A DNA stretch of 64,000 bases from the NCBI GenBank assembly GCA_048013815.1, contig CM106585.1:16430001-16494000 (forward strand), written 5' to 3'. Made by a program: the position numbers and the translations under genes. Shown one piece after another: positions 16,501 to 29,303 of this stretch. The DNA comes from Setoptus koraiensis. Its lineage: Eukaryota > Animalia > Arthropoda. The notes under the pieces were generated by a model. That model made no database searches, was not told where the DNA came from, and saw only the letters and a program-made list of their open reading frames with translations. Positions within the stretch are counted from its first letter, which is position 1. Each line of letters begins with the position of its first letter.

Positions 16501-19227
16501 TTTGTACAATTGAATCCATTGCCCAATTTTTGTAGACAATACTCATCGCCAGTTATTAATTTGTTCGCCTGTAGGTTGGCCGTGGTTGGGGTCTTGACGG
16601 TGAAAGATTGACGTTGTAGTGACTGTAGTTGTTGTGGCGTTACATGAGGATAGTCACACCATTTACCAAAGTTACACCGTCGGCCCCAGTATTTATCCTG
16701 GCATTTGCAGTCCCAATCATCCAGACCTGTTCCTGTTTGATCACAGCCTCCAAATGAGCAAGGACTTGGATAGCAACGATCAGACACAGAAACGTTGGCC
16801 ACTTTCACGCTGAAATTTATCAAATTTGCGCCCAACAATTGAACTAGCGAACTGTCTAATTTGTTCCTAAAGCCACCAACGGATATGTCCAATGTTGTTA
16901 CGAGCTTGAATAATTTGTCGTCTTTCAATTTAAGCTTATTGTTGCTATCCACAAAATAGACATTGAACGAGTTGCTTTCGTTCGCCAAGCCATAGATGTG
17001 ATCTGTTGAGTTGGGCTTGATGTCGATCTCTAGTTGTCTGAAATCTTTATGAATTACAGAGAAATTTGAGTCCACAATTGAGTTGGTTACATTGATCGCA
17101 AATATTGTTTGTCTCGTGATGGATGGATCATCTATGGCTGTCTTGTTGAACGCAAACTCGTCATTGATTTGAGTACCAACTATTATGAAACCGGTCAGAT
17201 CAATATTGGCAGTATGTTCTAGCCAATCGCTTGTCATTGTATAGCTAGCCCCATCGTACAAATTCAACAAAGTGACATTATGGTCATCAATTTGCCAGTC
17301 CGACTTGGGCCTGAAATTCCAATTTAATTTTGGATTTGATTCGGGCCTCTGCCATGTGTTCAACCAGCGAGCAACGGGTGTCTTGATGGGCACATTAGTC
17401 ACCTTGTTGCTTGAGAGAGCAACAGCCACCAGAACCTCTTTTTTACCATCCATTAAGTTTTGATTGGTGTTCGAAGGCGAAGAATTGTCCTCATTTGTGA
17501 TCATCTCAAAACCTATAGCACATTGGCCAGCGCCACAATTTTGCGCTCCAAAGAACTCATTGAAGCATATTGTCTCCTCAATCCAGCCATCAGACTGAAT
17601 TGAGACCATCGTTGAATTTGGTAAGCTGGCTCTATTGTTTTCAGCTGTTGTCGAGGACCACACCACAGTTGGATTGCCTTTTGCCCATTGGCCGGTAGTA
17701 TTTTCACGATTAAGCCTAACCATTCTTAATTTAACGTCGTCCCCACTGACGTAGAGCGCCAAATCCACACAATGGTCTGATAATTGATGCGCTTTCGTTG
17801 CCAATTCTGTCTCCGATAAATAAATGTCTAGTATTTTAGATGGATCTCCGTAATTGAACTGATTGCTATTATAGTAGTATCCATGTCTCACTTTATCGTT
17901 TGCTGGCGGCATGCTAGCCAGGGACCATTGAATTTCGCTAGCTGATAGCCAATCACATTCACGGCTGTTGTAGCAAGTCAGGGTCAACAATTGGTCAGAA
18001 AATTGCTGTTGTAGTTGTTGTTGTTGGTCTACGACAACGGCATTTGCAACAGCATCTCGCTTTACCAATCTGTTCTGCCTCTTCGGAACAATATCAGCGC
18101 TCAGATGCTCATATTGCTTGGACAATGACGATGATCTGGGATATTGTTGATCAGAGGCACTCTGGCTAGGTTCAATTTGTGCCTTTGACGGGTAACTTTC
18201 CACGCTCGGTCGCACACTGGGATTGGCCTGATCGGATGTCTGAAAATCTGTCAATAGTTGCGGTGTTCGCCCCATAGATGGAATGACAGATACTGCTTGT
18301 TGCTGTTCCATTGGCGGATATGTTGATGACTGCGAATTGTAATTATTGTACGGATTGGCAGCCCTGAACAGAAATTCCACTAAAGAGAGTTCAAAAAAGA
18401 TAAATAAGATAAGAGAAAAAAGAGAGGTTCGCAATATTTTCAAGCGACTCTCACAGTTTCAGTATCAATTTTCATAGATTCACATCTATCTTTGCAGTCG
18501 GATCAACTCCGCCCTTTTAGCCAATCAACTCGAGCTTACATTTCAATTTTCGCATGGCTACAAGCGAAGGCGATTCTCTATTGACTAGAGATATTTTCAA
18601 CCAATCATCGGCTATCTTGCCTTTTTCGTTTGGTAGTTGCTCATTAAAAGTAACCCATTGCCTAATAGGTATCTGTTGTGATCTACTGTTGTCATTATCT
18701 GCACCGGTTGGTATCAAATTCTTGAATTGTACTCTATCCACATCAACTTTGATGGCGGGTAAAGCGGTCACTTTGAGATCATGGTCGAAATAGTATTCAA
18801 ATGATAAATTGATCTGCACTTGACTTTGGACAATATAATTATTGATATTATCGCGCATAGTTTGATTCATTGAGAGTAGCAGGTCATAATCGGTCTTCCT
18901 GGCCTTGTCTGAAAAGATAAATGGCATCTTTTGGTTATTTGATTGTTGGTCTAACATGACCGTTGTGGTTGTTGGTGTTGGTGATGATTTGTTTGTTGTT
19001 GGCCACATTTGATTGACACTTGGCCAACCATCTATGTTAATTACATGGCTAATAGTGGACACATCTGTACTTTCGGCTAATACTAGATCATCTTGTTGCT
19101 TCTTATTATTATTGCTGTCTTGTTGTATTGTTTGTTGTTGCGCGTAAGAGGCATACCGATCCAAGTCGACTAAAAGATATAATGTTGCTAGTAAAAAAAC
19201 TACAACTACAGCAGCCTTCTCGGGCAT
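13589..19227 (-). CDS. Large type I membrane protein with many EGF-like repeats (~1,707 aa); exons 19227-18540, 18379-16333, 16234-16160, 16060-14109, 13950-13589
   Basis: Five exons joined by frame-compatible GT-AG junctions total 5,124 nt. Signal peptide MPEKAAVVVVFLLATLYLLV, EGF patterns (CYPSPCSFGGCDQ...CKCQDKYWGRRC; CACHPGFRLASDQRTC), TM LIILVILLGTALVVSVTINLIAAA, short tail with NPAF. An alternative ATG exists at 19305. Confidence 0.8.
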
Positions 19228-20616
19228 GAGAGTTCTATGAGATAGTCTTACGTAAGAGAAACGATATATATCTCTCCTTAATTTCATGTGCTCTGTAGGT
19301 ATCATGTTGATGCTATAACGATGCGACCAAATTGTTTATGTTTCCTCTAATGAAAAGAAAGAAGAATTTAGTTATAATGTGTAAATTAACTCAATCGGCG
19401 ATGCAATATAATCATACATGTTAGCCAACAGGACACACGCTTTCTACACCGTTATATCTTTCGGTTGTTCCATGTAATGTGCAAAGTTTGCTGAACATTA
19501 ACTAAAATATAGTGTCATATATTATTAATTTTGCATGCAAAAATGGAGCTTTATTGCAATATGATGATTATAAATATTGAATTAAAGCAACAACCTCAAT
19601 TGATTCGTGTTAAATATGAGTAATACTAAACACAAAAAGAAACCTATTGCTATTACTACTGTGACTAACTAACCGCTACAATGCGATCGTTCACAACAAA
19701 CGACAACTAGACAGATATCATTTATACTACTACTATTACTACTACTGTGGTTAGTATTTCACATAGCTAAATTGTGTGTCAAAGTGAATCATCGGTGACT
19801 GATGTAGTTTTATGTAGTTACACAAGAGACACAAAGAGATGAAAGGAACTTAATAGAAGCTACAGCTAATATCTATAAATAACTAATTCATTTCTCTTAT
19901 GCGACAGGTGCAACATTGTTATGTATCTATAGATATGAGTATAGGATACACACTTGTTACAATATGAAATGCGATTCTATGTTGGTGTTTGTGAGCTACC
20001 AAGTCCCTTGTTTGCAATTGTTACGAGCTACCTAGTAATAATCATGTTTATTTGAAGTAGACACGGCCCTCATCAATCAGTACATTATATTGGCTAGACT
20101 TTCACACAGTTTAGACTGGGCTTCGCTTTCAGGAGACATAGCTTACACTCTAATTAGAGAAAGAGAGTGAGTTTTTACAAGATGAGATATTCGCAGAATT
20201 TTATGACATCTCATAGTTTTTGCAATGTAATAATATCACAAGGCCTGTGCAAACTCAAAACTTCATCAGCAAAAACTTGTTTACATTGTTAATTAATTGT
20301 TATTTACCCTAACGAGCACAATTAGTATATATATATTTATGTATAAGGTCGTTTAGCACACAGGACACATCTAATGAGTTAATTTAATATACTAATATAC
20401 ACAAATTGCAGGGCAATTGGTTTATTATACTTATTTGCTTATATATATATATATGGTGAGAGATGTTAAGATACAAAATAATAATAATGCTGTACAAGTA
20501 AAATGCTGCTCCTACAGTTGATGCTCGGTGGAGTCAAAAATCAAGGTTGTTGCTTGTTTGCAATTCAGTAAAAAGTTAAATTAATTATAATAATTCTTGG
20601 CTTGACCGAGACTCAT

Positions 20617-22131
20617 TCATCGACTTCTATCGTACCGGTACGAGCCATCACGCCTTGAATCTCTCTCATCTCTACGCCTAGAGTAATGGGGTGACCGGGA
20701 TCGCCTCCGTCGATCATGATAACTTTTCATTATCCTCGAATCGGGCGACGGTGTGCGAAATTTGAAAGATCCTCTACCTTTCATGGTTCGTCCAGATCTA
20801 GATACTCTAGTTGATTTTTCTACAGTTGCGACAGCACTGCAAATTAATTTCCCTCTATTGTTATTATTTGTATCATCAGTGGTCTCATCGTTATCACTGC
20901 TTTTGTCTTTGTATCTACTCAGATCTGTATCTACTTCAATAGGTTCTTCATCGTTGTTCACACTCTCATCCGATTTCTTTACTATCGGCCGAAACAAGAA
21001 TTTGTTTACCGGAATTTGGGGAATTTCGTCGGGCTTGACGCTGCAAGGATAATCTCGTTCGTCTTCGGCGTTTTTGTTATGTATGCTAGTTTTCTCTTGG
21101 ATTACCACATCGCTGTCATCGTCTTCATGGTTCCTTTCTAAATTAGCACCGTCTTCTCTGTCTTTTCTTTTACTTCTAACCTTACTTGATGATGATGTGT
21201 ATGACGAAGAAGACGATTCTTCAGAATGAGATCCATCAGAGGTAGAACTATCATCAGATGAGGTCGACCCTGCTACTGATGGCGACGAGTTGGCTGACGA
21301 ATTTGAGCTAGAAAGAGATGATGACGCGGATGACGATATTGATGAGACTGACGACGATGATGAGGACGATGACGATCTTGATGAGACCGACGACGATGAT
21401 GAGGACGATGAGGACGATGAGGATGCCGATGATGATCTTGATTGACGATGAGAGCGTCTTTTTGGGCTTGGCGACATTGAGTCTCTCCGACTAGAGTATT
21501 TTTTTGGTAATAGTCTCTCTTTATTTTTATCATATGACCGCTCCGACATCCCTCTCGATTTTTTGACGTCATAATTCTGATTTCTCTCAAGCGAGTCTTG
21601 TTTCAATTCGCCACAATCAACGATGAGGATCTTGGTGATCGGCCTTGATTTGGCGTCGACAGGCTGATTCTCAATTTCTTTGACAATGTCGAAACCATCA
21701 ATGAGCTCGCCAAATACTACATGCACTCCATCCAGATGCGAAGCCGGAGCTGTGGTGATGAAGAACTGTGACCTGTTTGTATCCTTTCCTCTATTAGCCA
21801 TGGACAATAGGTAGGGTTTGTCATGTTTCAACGTAAGATTCTCATCCTCGAATGGTCCACCGTAAATAGACTCGCCTCCTTTGCCGTCGCCACTAGTGAA
21901 ATCGCCTCCCTGTATCATAAAACCTTTCACCACGCGATGAAAGGTACTATTCTTGAAATGAAGAGCCTTGTCGAACTTGCTGCTGAATCCCCTCTCACCA
22001 GTGCAAAGACATTTGAAATTTTTGCATGTCTTAGGACAGACATCCGTATAGAGGCTAAACGTTAACCTTCCTAGTTTTCTCCCGGCAACTGCTATCTCAA
22101 GAAAACACTTAGAGGTTGATTTACTAGACAT
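20617..22131 (-). CDS. PPIG: Cyclophilin-type PPIase with Ser-rich and RS-rich tail (PPIG/Moca-cyp class), intronless
   Basis: GRLTFSLYTDVCPKTCKNF, FHRVVKGFMIQGGDF, LLSMANRGKDTNRSQFFIT, HLDGVHVVFG, then poly-Ser and RSRSPH/RRD repeats; SRSGRTMKGRG near the C-terminus. Confidence 0.9.
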   Translation of the reverse strand: MSSKSTSKCFLEIAVAGRKLGRLTFSLYTDVCPKTCKNFKCLCTGERGFSSKFDKALHFKNSTFHRVVKGFMIQGGDFTSGDGKGGESIYGGPFEDENLTLKHDKPYLLSMANRGKDTNRSQFFITTAPASHLDGVHVVFGELIDGFDIVKEIENQPVDAKSRPITKILIVDCGELKQDSLERNQNYDVKKSRGMSERSYDKNKERLLPKKYSSRRDSMSPSPKRRSHRQSRSSSASSSSSSSSSSSSVSSRSSSSSSSSSVSSISSSASSSLSSSNSSANSSPSVAGSTSSDDSSTSDGSHSEESSSSSYTSSSSKVRSKRKDREDGANLERNHEDDDSDVVIQEKTSIHNKNAEDERDYPCSVKPDEIPQIPVNKFLFRPIVKKSDESVNNDEEPIEVDTDLSRYKDKSSDNDETTDDTNNNNRGKLICSAVATVEKSTRVSRSGRTMKGRGSFKFRTPSPDSRIMKSYHDRRRRSRSPHYSRRRDERDSRRDGSYRYDRSR

Positions 22132-22510
22132 ATTAAGACAATATCGTTGAATACTGATGCGAAAGTCCTATAAATTGTACTTTCAGCTGACTTTATTCCA
22201 ATTTGCGGCTCCACTACACGTGTGCCATTCGAGTCACAGGTGCCGTTAAATACTGGAGCAATCCTACAGAACCTGCACACCTTTTGGGTGATACTAGAGG
22301 GCGCTTATATTTTTTTCCTTGTTACAAATAATTTACAACCGACACACATGGTTTTTGAAACCTGAAAGAAAAATAATTGTTCATTCGACAATAAAATTGA
22401 ACCAAACAAAGACATTATCCGAAGAATCCGACCCAAATGGTGGTCAATTATAACTATAATCCAGATATCTGTGCTACTACTCTAACTTAGGTTCCCGCTC
22501 GGATCCCATA
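22132..22510. promoter_or_regulatory. Probable bidirectional promoter between PPIG and EXOSC8
   Basis: The two start codons are divergent and 379 bp apart; no specific element identified. Confidence 0.4.
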
Positions 22511-23551
22511 ATGGCTGCTGAATTCCGTGTACTCAAACCTTTGGAGTTTCATAGGCAACTATTCAAGAAAGCAACTCGCGTTGATGGTCGAGATATGCTA
22601 TCCGCAAGACCGATCCACTTTGAAACAAACGCTATCAAAACCGCTGATTCATCATCTTTAGTTAAACTAGGCAATACCAGTGTTATTTGCGGCTGCAATG
22701 TCCAACTATTATCACTTAAGACATTGTTAGAGAGAAATGCGGATATAAACAGAACTCTTATTCAACAAACTACCAAGCCCACAACAATTCTCAGGTGTGA
22801 AACTGCCGATGCCGATCAGATTTTGGAAGAACTAGACTTGGTCAATATTAGAGTAGTTCTCCCTCCCATATGCTCCAACCCGTCTGGTTTCAACAGTCAG
22901 AATAGTATGAATAGGCCCTCGACAACAACTGCGTATACCATTCCCTCCAAGCAAAGCGAAGCCGCTGCTCTTTTGACTAGACTACTCAATAGGATTCTGA
23001 AAGACTCTAAATGCTTGGGCAATAATCAACTTAGGTTGGGCCAAACTAATTTCTTCTGGTTGCTAGACATAGAAGTCATTTGTCTAAATTATGATGGGTG
23101 TTTGATAGATTGCGCCCTAGTTGCTGCCTTAACTTCAATAAATTCGCTAAAATTACCAAAAGTTAGATTGCAAGTGTCAAGTGAAGAGGATGGAAATGAT
23201 GATATACCTTATGTAATTAATGAAAACAATAGTTTTCAGTCGATAACTCAAGACGAGCCAATGGATACGTGTGATAGCAATACTAAAATCATCGAGAGTA
23301 GTTTAGATTCAATTAATCTTCCTATTAGTACATCGTTCGCCATAATCGAAGACTACATCCTATGTGATCCATCTATGGAGGAAGAGAATCTCGCTTCGAG
23401 TGTCTTCTCTATAGCCATCGATTATAAGACAGAGCAAATATGTCTGATAGATAAAGTTGGTGGATGGCCGATTGAAGAAAACCAGTTGAACGACCTTGTT
23501 AGACGATCCATTAAGAGAGCAAAAAATATTGGAGACATGATTACTCGGTAG
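22511..23551 (+). CDS. EXOSC8: Exosome complex RNase PH-like subunit Rrp43, intronless
   Basis: MAAEFRVLKPLEFHRQLF...RVDGR..SARP, ADSSSLVKLGNTSVICG, WLLDIEVICLNYDGCLIDCAL.AAL, ILCDPSMEEE, IDKVGG. Confidence 0.85.
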   Translation: MAAEFRVLKPLEFHRQLFKKATRVDGRDMLSARPIHFETNAIKTADSSSLVKLGNTSVICGCNVQLLSLKTLLERNADINRTLIQQTTKPTTILRCETADADQILEELDLVNIRVVLPPICSNPSGFNSQNSMNRPSTTTAYTIPSKQSEAAALLTRLLNRILKDSKCLGNNQLRLGQTNFFWLLDIEVICLNYDGCLIDCALVAALTSINSLKLPKVRLQVSSEEDGNDDIPYVINENNSFQSITQDEPMDTCDSNTKIIESSLDSINLPISTSFAIIEDYILCDPSMEEENLASSVFSIAIDYKTEQICLIDKVGGWPIEENQLNDLVRRSIKRAKNIGDMITR

Positions 23552-23856
23552 CGTACCTCTAATAAAGAGTAATCAAAGAAGTAATATATATAACAAATAA
23601 AGAATGATTCCGTATAGTTCCGGGTAATATTTTTTATATTTATTTTTTATTGAGTTCAATAGGCAATATCAATATATATATATATATATATATATATTTG
23701 GATATATAAATACATTTAATATAATTTATATGACTTGGTAAATATGATGAAACTTAACTGGGATTTGATCACCAAGATTGTGCGCTCGGGCGTGGGATAA
23801 CATTCGTAAATGAGCATTTTATAATGATTAACAAACATTTGGTGCTTAGTCTGTTG

Positions 23857-26800
23857 TCATTTAAGAGATAAGGTGGGGGTTGATTTGTTGTCGCCATTCT
23901 GTCTATGAAGCCGATTATTGTGCTCGTTTTTATGACGTTTCATGTGTGCCGATCGGGATTTAATTTTGAGAAAAACTCTTCCACATACTTTACATGGAAA
24001 CTCTTCAGTTCCCACTGTAGAAGTGCTACTGGACGGTAATGGGCTAGAGGTACCCGACAAACAACTACTACTCTCGCCACCCAGAGAGGGTGGCGCTATA
24101 TTTTGAGGTGCGTTTTGACGACTGATTGGTTTAGAATTCGCTATGACTGCTTTCAATCCGTTATTGTTATTGTCTATATTACTTCTCATTACGAAACCTA
24201 TTTGTAACTCATCAATGTCTAAATCATTTCGGCAACTATTGTTATTGTTGAGATCCTCGTCAAGCCCAAATTTATTCTTTTCATGAATGTCTAGCTTATT
24301 CAACAGGCCTTCACGTTCATACCTTGAATTCCTCATACGATTATATTCATTAGTGCATACTTTTTTCCAGAAGTAATAGAATTGTATACATTCTTTAACA
24401 GTCTTAGTTTTGATATCTTTAGATATGAGGAAGAAATTTTTTTCATGCTTGGCAATGGCTCTATTGTAGGATTCAATTTCGTCTGTAGACCATTTGTCAG
24501 ACTCTGCAAAGAGAAGATTTAATATTAGATGTCAATGTGATTTTGATTGATTTGATTCCACGAATGTTCTCTATACTCTTGAAATGATTAAAAAACTTAC
24601 CTTGATAACTATAGCTATGGAGTGGATCTTGTTGACTAATAGAATAAGGATCTGGATTGAGCAGCTTTATGATGGCTTCTCTGAGATCACCGGAAGTTTT
24701 ATGAAGGAGATGCAGTGCGTATTCCCGATTTCTTCCGCCTCCTTTTATGCAAGATGTACATGATAGGTCAAGATATATATCAACATCTCTGTCTGTCAAT
24801 TGAGAGACTACTTCAGGTGCCCATATGAGGTCAGCGAAGTCTTCTCTGTACTTGTCGGTACATATTCCAAGATGTTCAGGTATCTGCGCTCTGATGTCTA
24901 AATCGGCCATTGGTAATATTCCAACAACCTTTATTACATCAATCAGCTAGTTGTTTGACGATTACACTGACAGTAGGTCTTTGTGTTATACTAATATCTC
25001 TATCTGACATGTTATAATCAGTTTTGTAACATTTATACATAATGGTCGTGTCCGCTATGTTAGACTTCTTGATGCTAATTAATGTAGTCAACTGCTCTTC
25101 TTGAAATAGTGCGTGCGCGTCCCTTGCGTTATCTAGTGCTAATATAATTTTTATATTATAATGTATGCTACAGTGTGCCACTAGGTGGCTAATATAACAG
25201 TGTAAATCTTTGTTGTTTTTTGTTGTTGTTTATGCACATAAGTTTAAATCGAGCTCACACGAGACTGATTTGGAGTAGTGATGTTCAAACTGATGTTTGA
25301 GTGAGTATTATATACAACATCGTGTTGTGTGTCAACATCTTCATACTTGCAGATTTTTAACGTCTCATCATTATTGTTCAAGTCACAACAAACACTCTGA
25401 TTATTATTATTAGTGTTCATATTTTGAGTATCACTCTCAGAGAAAACATCGTCTTCTAGTTCCCCACCCAAGTCAAAGCCAAGTTGAGGAACCGGCATCT
25501 GTTTCATGCCGCTAATTCTTGGTCTTATCGGCTGGGGAGGAGGTTGATTGTAGCTCGGACTGCTCATAGTGGCAATGTTCTTCAATTTACCCGACACATG
25601 ATTACCGGTATTAGCTAGGCGGAGAATCGAAGGATCTGATGGAAGTTGGTAATTATGGTTCAATAAGTCGTCGTTGGGATTGTAATCATCCTCTACTCTA
25701 CTAGAGGTAGAGTAATGATGATTGCTAGTCGTGGTGCTGGAAGAATAATCATCTAAGGAAACTTGTGATCCATAGACCTCTTCACTGTGGCGGTGGTGAT
25801 ATGCGAAATTATGATCATGACCATGATTCAAGTTATTGCCCATTCTCATATGTCCATTGGGAGTATTGTATGATACGAAGGGTAACCTAGGTCTTGTGTG
25901 CAACCCTGCCGGGAATGTGAAATGCTGATTTTGATCAGTAGGTGTCGCTGGCAAACTTATGCTAGGTTGCCTTATTGTATTGGATATGTGATGCATCTGA
26001 AATTGTTGATTTATAGCAATCTCTTCGCTGGCACCATCAGTGGCGACATTATGATCGTCTACCAAAGCGTAATGGTCATATGAGCTAGTAGAAGTGCTTT
26101 GGATTCGATTGTAGCCAGGCTGGATTTGTAGTGGTTGAAGCGGTTGCTGTTGTTGTTGTTGAGAGATTGATTCCTCAATGTGAGATCCGTTGGCAGTGAG
26201 TGTTACAGATTGATTCAGCGAGATCGCATCATCAGATGGATTAGTAGCTAAACGAAGAATCGAGGGATCCGATGAAATTTGGTAATTATGATTCAATAAA
26301 TCGTCGTTGGGATTGTAATCATCCTCTACTCTACTAGATGTAGAGTAATGCTGATTGCTAGTCGTGGTGCTGGAAGAATAATCATCTAAGGAAACTTGTG
26401 ATCCATATACCTCTTCACTATGGCGGTGGTGATATGCGAAATTATGATCATGACCATGATTCAAGTTATTGCCCATTCTCATATGTCCATTAGGAGTATT
26501 GTATGATACGAAGGGTAACCTAGGTCTTGTGTGCAACCCTGCCGGGAATGTGAAATGCTGATTTTGATCAGTAGGTGTCGCTGGCAAACTTATGCTAGGT
26601 TGCCTTATTGTATCGGATATGTGATGCATCTGAAATTGTTGATTTATAGTAATCTCTTCGCTGGCACCATCAGTGGCGACATTATGATCATCGACTAACG
26701 CATAATGATCATAGGAACTAGTGGAGGTGCTTTGAATTCGATTGTAGCCAAGCTGTAGTTGTTGTTGTTGATGGTGATGCTGTTGTTGCTGCTGCTGTGG

Positions 26801-27475
26801 CTGCAGCGGTTGTTGTTGATGCTGCTCTGAGATTGATTCCTCAACATGAGATCCGTTGGCAGTGAGCGGTTCAGATTGATTAAGCGTGATTGCATCATCA
26901 GATGGATGAGTTGGTAAATTAGTTGAAGACGATTGAAGTTGTTGAATTTGTTGTTGTGCTGGTGCTCTAATAGTAATAATGTTGTGATGATGCTCCTTAT
27001 GCCTACGCAACGATCTTGCATCACAATAAGTTTTATCACAACCCTGAACAGTGCATTCAAACGGTTTTCTATTACTATGTGTGAGCATGTGTCCAGTGAG
27101 GTGGTCGTGACGCTTGAACGCCTTGGAGCATTGTTTACAAACAAAACGTCTCTCATCTGAGTGTGTCAATTTATGCTTCGTTAAGGCACTTTGATTACTA
27201 AATTGTTTATTACACTGTGGACATATAGGCCTGACAGGTTCCGTCCTGATCTTTCTACGTCTTCCCCGTTGCTTAACATTGTTGCAACTAGTGTTGTTGT
27301 TGTTATCATTATTATTGGTAATATTATTGTGATTATTGTTGTTATTATGATTATTATTATTATTGTTATTATTAATATTATTATTATTGTCACTTTTATT
27401 ATTATTGTACATGATGAGGCTATATGGTGGTCGTGCAATAAGTAACAGTGTTGATGGTCGAATGTGTATTACCAT
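23857..27475 (-). CDS. C2H2 zinc finger - ELM2 - SANT transcriptional regulator (TRERF1/ZNF541/MIDEAS family), multi-exon
   Basis: Three N-terminal C2H2 fingers (CPQCNKQF..HKLTH; CKQCSKAFKRHDHLTGHMLTH; CTVQGCDKTYCDARSLRRH), ELM2 (RAQIPE..LIWAP..GRNREYALHLL), SANT across the 24510-24600 intron (DKWSTDEIESYNRAIAKHEKNFFLI..KTVKECIQFYYFWKK), C-terminal FPCKVCGRVFLKIKSRSAHMKRH. Junctions at 24900-25260 and the true start are not resolved. Confidence 0.85.
25613..26910 (-). repeat. In-frame tandem duplication (period 633-666 bp) inside the zinc-finger gene's first exon
   Basis: Block SDDAI.LNQS...SDPSILRLA occurs twice; anchors 26226/26892 and 25615/26248. Confidence 0.95.
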
Positions 27476-29303
27476 TCGTTACCATTCGCATGTTACCGTT
27501 CTTTCGTTCTCTCTCGCTCTCGCTCTCTATTGCTCGTTCGCTCTTTCTTTCTTTGTCTCTCTGTTGTTTGTTCCACAAAGATGACGATGACGACAAGCAA
27601 GATGATGAACATGATGAGATAGCCAACACAGAGACACACACGCATGCAAAAGCAACACATACCAGTACACACACACACACACACAAACAAAACAAACGAC
27701 GTGCGCACGCACGTCACTCCGCGCATCTAATCTTTCGCTTCCCTCTTTCGCCCAGCTCTTGCGTTAGCATACTGCAGCACGATTGCTACACTCACTTTCA
27801 AATTGATTCGGCCACTGATTAGTGAGAGCGAAGAAAATTCTGCGATGCCTACAAGACTGAATCTGAACACGCTCCCGTCGGCCTCCCCACTGGAGGTGCA
27901 CCAGAAAATGCTCGTGCTATGGCCTCTCCCCCTGGCTGGGAGATTAGTTTCGCGCATAGTAAATGTGCACAAATCGATAGATTTATATGAAAGCAAGTGT
28001 ATGCCACTGCTAGTACAGCTAGTACTACTAGCCTAGTAGTCTACGAGCAATAATATTACTGTACATTTACACCGTATTACAGTGCAGCGACCCACGGGCA
28101 TTTGGTACGGGCAGCTGGGGGCGTGGCGACGGAAATCGATCACGGATCGGATGTTTTAGCGCATCTTCGAGGTACTACCTACTAGACTAGATTGTACAAG
28201 TAGAAAATAAGCACATGTGCTCGAGCCGACAATTTGCTTGTTTAACCACAGCGTGGCGCTGTCTCGCCATGAATGTTTTGAAAGAGGAAGCTTTCACCGG
28301 AGCTGCGCCTGAATGTCTGTTTATGGTATAAGAACGCAGTGGCTAATGGCGGCGCTGCACAGTTTGCATGTGACTATTTCTGTTCGCTGTTCGCTCTTTT
28401 CTGTGCGCTCGCATTTGTGTGCCTGAAAATAAACACACCAAACTTGGTTGCCGACCATGCCTAAAAGGCGCTTGTGCACGACAACAGGTCTACTGACAAG
28501 CACGGCTCAAGCAAGAAGGGCGACCTCTGCGGTGCAAATTGTAAACTAAGCACGCTTTTGTATTCCGTGTTCCAGCACTTCAGAGCACTTTTTCACGCAG
28601 CACACCGCAGCAGCAGTATAGCAGTAGCGGCGACAGCAGCAGACCTCGCAGCAGCAACACCAGCATAAGTGTAGTTGTAGAGTAGATGTATTAATAAAAG
28701 CTGTCTACTGTTTTGTGTGCGCTTCTTCCCGAGCATATACATCGGTTCGAAGAAAAATCCGCGAGGGCGACGCTGCTACGCTCTCTTCGTGCAGCGTGAG
28801 TGTTGATGCAATGATCATCCGAAGCATGGACGATCAAGCGTAATCTGCTTCGGTGCACGCTGCGGGCTGTAGAAGCATGCAATCATATATGAGGAAACAT
28901 TTATCGAAACACTCCGTTTTTCTCTGTCCACTTTTAAGCGATACGAGCGCTTCTAGCGGATAAAATTACAAATTGGCGCGGACGCTTCGGAAAATAAGCA
29001 CACACGATAGCATTAGTTGTAGCAGCAACACCAACCAGCAACAGCATTAGCAGTGTGTCGCACAGTTGTGAGGAACAAGGACGAGAAGGCATTACATGGC
29101 TATTTGGTGTTTCACCTCGGATAATATTACTATTGCTACATGAATTTGTATAATACATCGGCTATTAGATTATCAGCAACACTATTGAACCTGATTTAAA
29201 TAATCTACATTCACAGAGCGCACACATACACCACAACATTTAGAAGGCTACCATTATTATATAAAGTCGAAATTTAATTTTTGTCAGAATCAATCAGTCT
29301 ATT

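Noticed and set aside
28321-28503. VWCVYF...VTCKLC resembling a BED zinc finger of a hAT element
   Set aside because: The two His ligands and any transposase or terminal repeats are missing.
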